Shown one piece after another: positions 24,740-32,568 of a DNA stretch of 55,476 nt (the first letter of the stretch is position 1; each line of letters begins with the position of its first letter). The notes below the pieces were generated by a model that worked only from the letters and a program-made list of their open reading frames with translations, made no database searches and was not told the DNA's origin. The translations under genes and the position numbers were made by a program. Origin of the DNA: an uncultured Ruminococcus sp. GTDB taxonomy: Bacteria > Bacillota > Clostridia > Oscillospirales > Acutalibacteraceae. The stretch is from contig CACWOA010000001.1 in assembly GCA_902762395.1 (NCBI GenBank), positions 1 to 55,476 on the forward strand, given 5' to 3'.

Positions 24740-26458
24740 ATGAAACTTGACAAACTGGTCGGCGACCGATTCAAAGAAAGACCCGCCGAATGCTCCATCG
24801 ACAGCCACGCGCTGATGGTGCGCGGCGGCTACATGAAATTCATGGCAAGCGGCATCTATTCGCAGTACATGCCGCTCAAGCGCATTCTCCGAAAGATCGA
24901 GAACATCATCCGCGAGGAAATGGACGCGATCGACGGACAGGAAGTGCTTTTCCCTGTTGTCATGCCCGGCAGCCTGTGGGAGGAATCGGGGCGCTACAAC
25001 TCCATCGCCAGCGAGCTGCTCCGCTTCAAGGACAGAAACGGCACGCCCATGGTGCTGGGTATGACCCACGAGGAGGCCGCCGTTCATCTGGTGCGCGATT
25101 ATGCCACCACCTACACCAAATACCCCTTCATGATCTACCAGATTCAGACCAAATTCCGCGACGAAGCGCGCCCCCGCGCCGGCATGATCCGCGTGCGAGA
25201 ATTCACCATGAAGGACGCCTATTCCTTCCACACCTCGCAGGAAGACCTCGAACAGTACTATGACCGCTGCCACAAGGCCTACGAGCGTATCTTCGCCCGC
25301 GCCGGCATTCCCGAAACCATCTCGGTCAAGTCCGATTCCGGCATGATGGGCGGCAGCGTGTCGCATGAGTTCATGCTTCTCACACCCGTGGGCGAGGATT
25401 CCATCGTACTCTGCCGCGACTGCGGTTACAGCGCCAACATGGAGGCCGCCGAGTGCATTACCGACAACATCCCCGACGCGGAACTGAAAGAATGCGAGCT
25501 GGTTCACACCCCCGACGCGCACACCATCGACGATCTCTGCGCGTTCCTCGGCACCACCCCCGAAAAGACCTGCAAGGCGGTGGTCTATCAGCGCAATCAG
25601 GACGACAGCTACATCATTGTCTTCCTGCGCGGCGACCTCGACGTAAACGAAACCAAAGTCACCAACTTCCTCGGCTGCGACATTCATCCGGCGGTTATCA
25701 CAGAGGAAAGCGGCATCGCGGCGGGCTTCATCGGTCCCAAGGGGCTTCCCGAGGGCGTAACCGTTCTTTACGACAATTCCCTGATTGGCATGACCGGTTT
25801 CCCCTGCGGCGGCAACAAGACCGACTACCACTATGTCAATTTCAACATGGCCCGTGACTTCGGCGAGGTGGAATACCACGACTTTGCCAAAGCTTTTGTC
25901 GGCGGCACCTGCCCCTGCTGCGGCAAGAAGACGCTCGAAATTTCCCGCGGCATCGAAGTGGGCAATATCTTCCAGCTCGGCACAAAATACACCGAGTCCA
26001 TGAATATGCAGTATGTGGACAGCGAGGGCGAAATGCACTATCCCATCATGGGCTGCTACGGCATCGGCGTGGGACGTCTGGCCGCGTCGGTCTGCGAAGC
26101 CCATCACGATGATTACGGTCCCATCTGGCCGATCTCCATCGCGCCCTGGCAGGTCAATCTCTGCTGTGTTCGTTCGGATGACGAGCAGTGTCGGACCTTT
26201 GCCGACAGTCTCTATGACGAGCTGCAAAAGCGCGGCATAGAAGTCATCTATGACGACCGCAACGTGCGCCCCGGCGTGATGTTCTCCGACAGCGATCTGC
26301 TGGGCATTCCGGTGAGAGCCGTCGTCAGCCCGCGCAACATGAAGGACAGTGTTGTGGAACTCTCCACCCGCGACAAATCGGTGCAGAAGAAGGTTCCCAC
26401 CGATAGCGCCGCGGACGAAATCCAGGCGCTTGTCAACGAATTACTCGCCGCGTTTTAA
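24740..26458 (+). CDS. proS: Proline--tRNA ligase (bacterial type with editing insertion)
   Basis: It has class-II motifs (FRDE..PRAGMIRVREF, GCYGIGVGR) and a length of 572 aa. The ATG at 24740 follows GGAGGA. The upstream 48 codons of the track ORF lie inside the T-box terminator. Confidence 0.95.
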   Translation: MKLDKLVGDRFKERPAECSIDSHALMVRGGYMKFMASGIYSQYMPLKRILRKIENIIREEMDAIDGQEVLFPVVMPGSLWEESGRYNSIASELLRFKDRNGTPMVLGMTHEEAAVHLVRDYATTYTKYPFMIYQIQTKFRDEARPRAGMIRVREFTMKDAYSFHTSQEDLEQYYDRCHKAYERIFARAGIPETISVKSDSGMMGGSVSHEFMLLTPVGEDSIVLCRDCGYSANMEAAECITDNIPDAELKECELVHTPDAHTIDDLCAFLGTTPEKTCKAVVYQRNQDDSYIIVFLRGDLDVNETKVTNFLGCDIHPAVITEESGIAAGFIGPKGLPEGVTVLYDNSLIGMTGFPCGGNKTDYHYVNFNMARDFGEVEYHDFAKAFVGGTCPCCGKKTLEISRGIEVGNIFQLGTKYTESMNMQYVDSEGEMHYPIMGCYGIGVGRLAASVCEAHHDDYGPIWPISIAPWQVNLCCVRSDDEQCRTFADSLYDELQKRGIEVIYDDRNVRPGVMFSDSDLLGIPVRAVVSPRNMKDSVVELSTRDKSVQKKVPTDSAADEIQALVNELLAAF

Positions 26459-26572
26459 AAGTTTTTCATCCCACCTGGGTCTCTGGTAGGCAAAATTCTT
26501 CAAGCAAAAACCGCGTATCTATCCCCCGCATCTTAGTCATACCTTTTATTTTGATAAATCGGAGTGATTGTT

Positions 26573-27670
26573 ATGAAACGTCGTTTGTTCCGCTTATGCA
26601 GTGTGCTGCTCTGCTTTGCCATACTCTTCTGTGCGACCGCCTGTGATGATGATGACTCGGGCAGCGGCACGCCCCGTACCCCCCAAAACACCATTAAGGT
26701 CAACGGAGAAACCGTCCGGATCGTCCCGAGCGAAACCAGCGCCATCACCTACGACGACTACAACAACGGACTGGTCAGCCTCAAAATTCCTTCCGGCTGG
26801 ACGGTTCAGGTGGCGCCGGTCGATTATATCCATTATTCTTTCAAGGTGTACAATCCCAACAATACCGATTATATGTTCTTCTTCGGCTTAAAGCAGGAGG
26901 GATTTCTGAAGAGTGAAAAAGCGCGCAAAACCTTTGCCAGCTATTATCCGGACGCAGGCTTTTCCAAGCTGACCCCCATTGACCCGCAGACCACCGAAGC
27001 CTTTTACAAGGTCTGGAATAAAAACGTCAAGTTCTCCAACCAAAACGAACTCAAACAGGAATACTTCCCCTATCTGAATGATTTCAAGGTCATTGACAAT
27101 CTGGGACAGGTGAACTTAGGCGGCGATCTGCTCAGAGCCACCTTTACAAAAGGCGACAAACCGATGCAGGGGCTATTCACCTCTACTGTCATGTCATCCG
27201 GCACCTATTATGTCAGCACCAATATGTTTGATCTGAACAGTCCGCAGGTCGACGTGGCGCCGCTGAATGTGTACAATATTCTCTTTATGACAGCGCCCGA
27301 CGAGGATTTCAACAACTGGCAGGGCATCATGGATTACTGTTTCAGCACCATCGCGTTCAGTCAGGCGTTTCTCGACGGCTTCAACGGCGAAGAAAAGGTG
27401 CTGACCTCTACTATCCGCGCCAATCAGCAGATTTATGACCAGACGTCCGATATGATTATGGATTCGTGGGAAAAGAGAAGCAATTCCTATGACATCATCA
27501 GCCAGAAGCAGAGTGACGCCACCCTGGGCTATGAAAGAGTGTATGACACCGAGACGGGCGACGTCTACAGAGCTTACAACGGCTTTACAGACGATTATTC
27601 GGGCGACAGGTACCAGAGCATCACGGACGATATGTACACCAAAGCCGTCAGCGGCTACATTCAGAAATAA
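26573..27670 (+). CDS. Hypothetical lipoprotein
   Basis: It has a signal peptide with a lipobox-like LFCATAC. I recognise no family. The ATG at 26573 follows GGAG. Confidence 0.6.
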   Translation: MKRRLFRLCSVLLCFAILFCATACDDDDSGSGTPRTPQNTIKVNGETVRIVPSETSAITYDDYNNGLVSLKIPSGWTVQVAPVDYIHYSFKVYNPNNTDYMFFFGLKQEGFLKSEKARKTFASYYPDAGFSKLTPIDPQTTEAFYKVWNKNVKFSNQNELKQEYFPYLNDFKVIDNLGQVNLGGDLLRATFTKGDKPMQGLFTSTVMSSGTYYVSTNMFDLNSPQVDVAPLNVYNILFMTAPDEDFNNWQGIMDYCFSTIAFSQAFLDGFNGEEKVLTSTIRANQQIYDQTSDMIMDSWEKRSNSYDIISQKQSDATLGYERVYDTETGDVYRAYNGFTDDYSGDRYQSITDDMYTKAVSGYIQK

Positions 27671-27695
27671 ACCGCCGCGATAAACACCAAAAAGC

Positions 27696-27737
27696 AGCCC
27701 CGAAAGGAACGGACGAACATCCGCGCCTTTCGGGGCT
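27696..27737. terminator. Terminator between convergent genes
   Basis: It has a perfect 12-bp stem, agccccgaaagg / cctttcggggct. The T-run is on the minus-strand side. Confidence 0.75.
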
Positions 27738-27742
27738 ATTGT

Positions 27743-28690
27743 CTACATATGCGATTCCGGGAAAATCAGATCAACCTCGTCCGATTTGAGAGAATAGTCG
27801 GTAAACGTCTTTCCCTCCCGGATCAGCGTCACTTTCATGCCGCCCATTTTGTCCGGCTGTTCTTTCGACATGAAGAAATACGCGCAGACGCGCGGTCTGG
27901 TATTGGCGACATAATAGCCCTCTACCTTATCCTCGCTCACACGCACCCACGAATCCCCCACGGTGGAGGGGTTGATGCTGCTGTATTCCTTCGCGAATGC
28001 CTGAATCTTCGCGTCCATGCCCGGTTTGGCGAGAAGCTCGTCCGACAGCACTTCGCGCAGTCTTTCTCCATCGCCCCAGATCATGGTGTTGGCAATCCCC
28101 GCCCCCGCGATCTCGGCGGCGTCGCGTTCGGGATAGGTGATACCCGCAAAGATCGAGCCGCCGCCTCCCCCTTTCTGGTCTTCTTCGCATTCCTCAAAAA
28201 ACAGGCTGTAGATGCCGACCGAGCGGGGGTTCTTCTCCTGCACCGTCCAGACGGTATAGCAGATGCGGTAAAAGCTCTCGGTGGTCTGAATGACATAAAC
28301 CGAATCCACGCAGACCGTGTTTTTTTCGCCGTAACTTTTGGTGGAGGAATAATTCTGGTACACCGTTTTGACATAGGAGCCACGGTAAAGACCGAAAATG
28401 TATTCGATGCCCCTATCCATATCATCCGCCAGTTCCAGAGCGGTCTCGGAAAACACGCTCTTGAACTGCGCCGCGTCTTTCTTATCCAGCGCCTCGATGA
28501 GAATGTCAATTCGCTCCGGCTGCTTCACGTCGGAATCGGAGATTGTCTTTCGGTTGTCCAGCATTCCTTTCCCCTTTGCCTGCCAATCCGAGGGGGAAAT
28601 GAAATTGTCCAGCGCCGAACAGCCCGCCATGGCCAGCAGCATCACGCCAGCCAGCAGCAACCCCAGCGATTGGATGAATGGTTTTCTCAT
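27743..28690 (-). CDS. Hypothetical lipoprotein
   Basis: It has a signal peptide with the lipobox LLAMAGC. ATG follows AAAGGAA. No family is assigned with confidence. Confidence 0.6.
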   Translation of the reverse strand: MRKPFIQSLGLLLAGVMLLAMAGCSALDNFISPSDWQAKGKGMLDNRKTISDSDVKQPERIDILIEALDKKDAAQFKSVFSETALELADDMDRGIEYIFGLYRGSYVKTVYQNYSSTKSYGEKNTVCVDSVYVIQTTESFYRICYTVWTVQEKNPRSVGIYSLFFEECEEDQKGGGGGSIFAGITYPERDAAEIAGAGIANTMIWGDGERLREVLSDELLAKPGMDAKIQAFAKEYSSINPSTVGDSWVRVSEDKVEGYYVANTRPRVCAYFFMSKEQPDKMGGMKVTLIREGKTFTDYSLKSDEVDLIFPESHM

Positions 28691-28757
28691 ATCGTTTCAT
28701 TCCTTTCCTGATGATACTGTCATTGTAACAGATTGGTCAGGAAAGAATGTGACGATT

Positions 28758-29252
28758 TTATGAATGCACCTCTTTTTCAGCGAGAACCGCTTCTGTAAAG
28801 GCGCTCCATTTCTGGTCGTTCTCCGCGGAGAGGGGATTGCTTTCGTCGGTCAGCGATACGGTTTCTCTCAGATGAGGGAGCCACTGCCGCAATTGCCGCA
28901 CGCAGCCGCTGTTGTCCCCGCTGCCGCTGTAAGTAAAGACCGCCGTCACCTTGTCGCAAAGCTCCTTCCTTTTCAGCAGCGTCCTGATCGGCGCGGCACA
29001 CTTGCCCGCCCAAACGGGCAGTCCTAAAATGATTTCGTCAAAATCCTCCGCCGCCGGCGGTTCATTCGCCAGCTTAGGACAAATCCCGAACGAGGACAGC
29101 ATGCCGCCATACATGATCTGCGAAAAGCGGGAGGTCGGCATAGGCTTGACCGTGCGAATCTCGCAGAGGGTAGCTGCGGTCTGCGCCGCCAGCTGCTCCG
29201 CGGCAGCATGCGTGTGCCCGGTGAGAGAATAGTAAAGAATCAGTCGTTTCAT
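28758..29252 (-). CDS. Flavodoxin-family protein
   Basis: The N-terminal FMN-binding loop is ILYYSLTGHT. It is 164 aa. An ATGA overlap joins it to the upstream CPBP gene stop. Confidence 0.78.
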   Translation of the reverse strand: MKRLILYYSLTGHTHAAAEQLAAQTAATLCEIRTVKPMPTSRFSQIMYGGMLSSFGICPKLANEPPAAEDFDEIILGLPVWAGKCAAPIRTLLKRKELCDKVTAVFTYSGSGDNSGCVRQLRQWLPHLRETVSLTDESNPLSAENDQKWSAFTEAVLAEKEVHS

Positions 29253-30061
29253 AGTTGCCCGTCTCCTTTGTCAATTGGTTGATAAGAAAAATGCTTGTCC
29301 CGCAGCATCAGCACGCCGAAAATCACGTAGACCGAATGCACGGCGCAAAGCAGCGCCATATTCCCGACGGAAGCATCGCTCCGCCCCGCCGACGAAACAA
29401 ACAAAGCCCAGAATCCGGTGAGAAAATCCTCGGCAAAGTGAATGCACACGCACACCCAGAGATTTTCCGTGCGCAGATACACCGCGCAAAGATAAAAGCC
29501 CGCCAGGAAGGTAAACACCACCTGTCCCACGGTAAACACCGGGGCATACGGTTTTTCAATGAGATTGAGCAGGTGACGCAGCCCGAACAGCACGGAACAA
29601 GCCGTCACCGACCACCAGAGAAATCCGCGTCTGTCCCGCCACGCGTAAAGCAGCCGGCTGAGTATCAGTCCGCGAAACAAAAATTCCTCGCTCAGCGCAA
29701 TGGCAAGACTGTAGAGCGTGAACCCTGTCACCGTGCCAACTGACGGCAGGGTCACAGGCGTTTGATAGCTGAAAAGAAACGCCATCACCGCGCAGATCAC
29801 CCCCAGCAAGCCGAAACCGAACAGCCCCCGGACAAATCCCTTGCCGCCGAGCGTAAACGGTATTCGGGAATACACGACAAGGCAAATGCCGACGACAGCC
29901 AGCAAACTCAGCGTATATTTGACAGCACCGCCCCAAACCATCGGCATTCGTTCTACCCACGGCGTTATGATGCCCCATGTTACGGGCATGACAAGGCCAA
30001 AGACCGCCAAGGAAAACAGCAGCGGATGTTTTTCACTGCATTTTCTGATGGTTTCTGTCAT
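29249..30061 (-). CDS. CPBP-family (CAAX/Abi) intramembrane glutamic protease
   Basis: It is polytopic, with the motifs EEFLFRG, FGLRH and HFAED. The ATG at 30061 forms an ATGA overlap with the padR stop. The track start at 30082 is GTG. Confidence 0.8.
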   Translation of the reverse strand: MTETIRKCSEKHPLLFSLAVFGLVMPVTWGIITPWVERMPMVWGGAVKYTLSLLAVVGICLVVYSRIPFTLGGKGFVRGLFGFGLLGVICAVMAFLFSYQTPVTLPSVGTVTGFTLYSLAIALSEEFLFRGLILSRLLYAWRDRRGFLWWSVTACSVLFGLRHLLNLIEKPYAPVFTVGQVVFTFLAGFYLCAVYLRTENLWVCVCIHFAEDFLTGFWALFVSSAGRSDASVGNMALLCAVHSVYVIFGVLMLRDKHFSYQPIDKGDGQL

Positions 30062-30606
30062 TTCGCCGTCACATCCTTCCACTCGGCATTCTCATCCGCC
30101 CATTCGAGCCATGCGCGATAGGTCTTGATGCCAAAGGTCACAGTGGCCAGATAATAGCGGTGGGCAGGGTCGTCGTGCAGGCAGGAGCGCAGCAATTTTT
30201 CATACACCAGCAGTTCCTCCAGTCCGCTTTGTATTTTGGCGCGGAATGCCCGGATATGCAGCGCCGCCTGTTCCTCGCCGCCCTCTTTGCCAAAGAACAG
30301 CTTGAGCAGCGTCTCACTGCGCAGCTCGTCCCGTTCGGCAGGCTGCATGAGCCACCGGGACAGAACCGCCCGTCCCTCGTCGGTGATGGTGTAGAGAATC
30401 TTGCTCCGTCCACCGTCGGTAATCTCGCGACTGACGGCATATCCGCGTCTGACCAGTTCGCTCAGGGTAGGATAAATGCTGCCGTAGCTCGCGCTCCAGA
30501 AAAATTGCAGCACCGTGTCAATGCGTTTTTTGATTTCGTACCCCGTCGCCTCGCCGTCGCTGAGAAATCCGAGAATCACGCAGTCCATCTTCTTCTCCGT
30601 TGCCAT
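30058..30606 (-). CDS. PadR-family transcriptional regulator
   Basis: The winged-helix pattern is ILGFLSDGEATGYEIKKRI...SYGSIYPTLSELVRRGY. ATG follows GGAGGAAA. Confidence 0.88.
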   Translation of the reverse strand: MATEKKMDCVILGFLSDGEATGYEIKKRIDTVLQFFWSASYGSIYPTLSELVRRGYAVSREITDGGRSKILYTITDEGRAVLSRWLMQPAERDELRSETLLKLFFGKEGGEEQAALHIRAFRAKIQSGLEELLVYEKLLRSCLHDDPAHRYYLATVTFGIKTYRAWLEWADENAEWKDVTAK

Positions 30607-30626
30607 TTTTGATTTCCTCCGTCTTT

Positions 30627-30669
30627 ATCTATCAGTCTGATATATGTATTATATATCAGACTGATAGAT
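30627..30669. promoter_or_regulatory. Perfect 19-bp inverted repeat (operator candidate) over the padR promoter
   Basis: The arms are atctatcagtctgatatat and atatatcagactgatagat, separated by gtatt. Confidence 0.7.
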
Positions 30670-30676
30670 TTGTCAA
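30648..30676 (-). promoter_or_regulatory. Consensus sigma-A promoter of the padR operon
   Basis: On the minus strand it reads TTGACA, a 17-nt spacer, then TATAAT. The spacer and the -10 box lie inside the inverted repeat. Confidence 0.7.
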
Positions 30677-30687
30677 GCGTCTTTTCA

Positions 30688-30731
30688 AAGAAAAAGCCGT
30701 TCCGGGAAAGCAACGCGCCTTTCCGGAACGG
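30688..30731 (-). terminator. Rho-independent terminator after spoVM
   Basis: It has a 14-bp stem, ccgttccgggaaag / ctttcccggaacgg as read on the two strands. On the minus strand it is followed by ctttttctttg. Confidence 0.8.
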
Positions 30732-30774
30732 TCTTCTGTTTTTTCTTGCGGTAAACGGCGGCAATGGCACGCCG

Positions 30775-30855
30775 TCAGGCCTCTTTCTTGATGCCAAACA
30801 TCAGTCTGAGAATACCTCCGAGCATTTTGGGACTTCTGACGACGACGATCTTCAT
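30775..30855 (-). CDS. spoVM: Stage V sporulation protein M (26 aa)
   Basis: This ORF is not in the track because it is too short. On the minus strand, GGAGGTAATACTT-ATG encodes MKIVVVRSPKMLGGILRLMFGIKKEA. That matches B. subtilis SpoVM (MKFYTIKLPKFLGGIVRAMLGSFRKD) in length and in the PKxLGGIxRxMxG core. It also lies downstream of thiN, as in B. subtilis. Confidence 0.75.
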   Translation of the reverse strand: MKIVVVRSPKMLGGILRLMFGIKKEA

Positions 30856-30957
30856 AAGTATTACCTCCGTATGTGATGGATTCAGCGTCTTTTTCGCTGT
30901 CACTATCATCATACGCCGCCGCCGCGAATGTGTGACAAATTTTTCTCCGCCGCGTCG

Positions 30958-31581
30958 TTACCCCATCCGGCACTCCACCACCAGCGCCATGCCCTCATGA
31001 ACTGTCATGGCAAACGCCGCCTGATCGGTCACACGGTTGCTGACCCCCATCGGGAAATACGAATGCAGCCGCAGCCGCTCTGCCGGGTACTGCACGCCGC
31101 TCATGCTCACAACCACCGACCCGCCGCCATAGGGAAACACCGAAAAATACCCCTCGCCGAGCAGCGGCACCACCTGCTGCCCCGCGCCGAACACGCGGAC
31201 TGTGGTGTTTTCATCCGCCAGAAGTCCGCTGGCACCGTGGGTTCTGAGATATTCCAGTGCGGCGATGTTGGCCATCGTATGATCGAGCCGTCCTCCCAGA
31301 CCGCCCAATATCACAAAATAATCCATCCCTTTGAGCAGTCCGTGCTTGACCGCCAGCATGGCGTCGGTGTCGTCTTTTTCGCAAGGGTACACCTCTGTGG
31401 CATTGTCGGGAATATATCCGAGGGAATCAAAATCACCGATCAGCTCGTCACACGTCACGCCCAGTGGCGCCAGGTGCCTCAGGCCGCTGTCAGCGGCAAT
31501 GATGTAGTCCCCGTTGTCTATATATTGTTTTGTCACGTCATAGTCGGCGATGGCTCCGCCCGCGATAATCACACACTTCAT
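30958..31581 (-). CDS. thiN: Thiamine diphosphokinase
   Basis: Its pattern is IIAGG....ADSG...L....P..LIGDFDS. It is 207 aa and sits after rsgA. Confidence 0.87.
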   Translation of the reverse strand: MKCVIIAGGAIADYDVTKQYIDNGDYIIAADSGLRHLAPLGVTCDELIGDFDSLGYIPDNATEVYPCEKDDTDAMLAVKHGLLKGMDYFVILGGLGGRLDHTMANIAALEYLRTHGASGLLADENTTVRVFGAGQQVVPLLGEGYFSVFPYGGGSVVVSMSGVQYPAERLRLHSYFPMGVSNRVTDQAAFAMTVHEGMALVVECRMG

Positions 31582-31623
31582 GGTTACTGTTTCATTCCTT
31601 GCAGGAATGGCGGAAACCCGCCG

Positions 31624-32568
31624 TTATCGGGCCGGCTTCTTCTTTTCCCATTCCTTGATATCTTTGACTTCATTGTAAAGCGCCACATAGCTGTCGTGCC
31701 GCGACGGCGCAATATTTCCCTGCCGCACGGCCTCCAAGACAGCGCAGCCCTTTTCGCAGGTGTGGGAGCAGCCCGTAAAACGGCACTGTCCCTCATATTC
31801 CGCAAATTCGCGGAAGGTGTCGGGCAAATCCTCCTTGTAGACCACCTCGGCAAATTCGCCGTCAAACGACGAAAAGCCCGGCGTGTCCGCAATCTTGCCG
31901 CCGAAATCCAGCGGGAACAGCTCTGTCTCACGGGTGGTATGCCTGCCGCGTCCCAGCTTTTTGCTGGTTTCCCCCGTCTCGCGGTGAAGCGAGGGACAGA
32001 GCGCGTTGAGCAGCGTGGATTTCCCCACGCCCGTATTGCCCGCGAACGCGCTGATTTTATCCTTCATCACGGCACGGATGTCGTCGAGGAAGGTCCCGTC
32101 GCCGCTGTAATCCGCCGCGATCACGGTGAACCCCGCCCGGCGGTAAATGTCCCCGAAGCCGTTTTCCTCCGCCCTGTCCAGCTTGGTCAGCACAATCACG
32201 GGCTGAATGCCCTTATACTCGGCGAGAGAAATCAGCCGATCCGCCGTCAGGCAATTGGGCGACGGGTCGCACATCGAAATCACGATGAAAAGGTTGTCTA
32301 AATTGGCCAGCGGAGGACGCAGCAGAAAGTTGCGCCGCTCCAGCACCCGGTCGAGACTGGCGAGTCCGTCCGGATGTACCGTGATTTCGCAGCGGTCGCC
32401 CGCCAAAGGCGTCACCCGCTCCGAGCGACCGCCTTTGCCGCGCAGCACGCCGCGTCCGCGGCATTCCACCGTCACCCCGTCGGCTTCCACATAATAGAAG
32501 CCGCCGATTCCTTTGAGTATTCTGCCCTGGAGCTGCTGTGACGTTTTCTCTTTCATCGGCTGTGTCAC
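31624..32568 (-). CDS. rsgA: Ribosome small-subunit-dependent GTPase A
   Basis: It has an OB fold (GGFYYV), circularly permuted GTPase motifs (TKLD, GNTGVGKSTL) and a Zn knuckle (CRFTGCSHTCEKGC). The start is either GTG at 32568, in a GTGA overlap with prkC, or ATG at 32556. Confidence 0.92.
   Translation of the reverse strand: MTQPMKEKTSQQLQGRILKGIGGFYYVEADGVTVECRGRGVLRGKGGRSERVTPLAGDRCEITVHPDGLASLDRVLERRNFLLRPPLANLDNLFIVISMCDPSPNCLTADRLISLAEYKGIQPVIVLTKLDRAEENGFGDIYRRAGFTVIAADYSGDGTFLDDIRAVMKDKISAFAGNTGVGKSTLLNALCPSLHRETGETSKKLGRGRHTTRETELFPLDFGGKIADTPGFSSFDGEFAEVVYKEDLPDTFREFAEYEGQCRFTGCSHTCEKGCAVLEAVRQGNIAPSRHDSYVALYNEVKDIKEWEKKKPAR

Noticed and set aside
30856-30957. A sigma-E-like CATAC motif upstream of spoVM.
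   Set aside because: The motif overlaps the RBS, so a transcript starting after it would lack the Shine-Dalgarno sequence. I found no matching -35 element.
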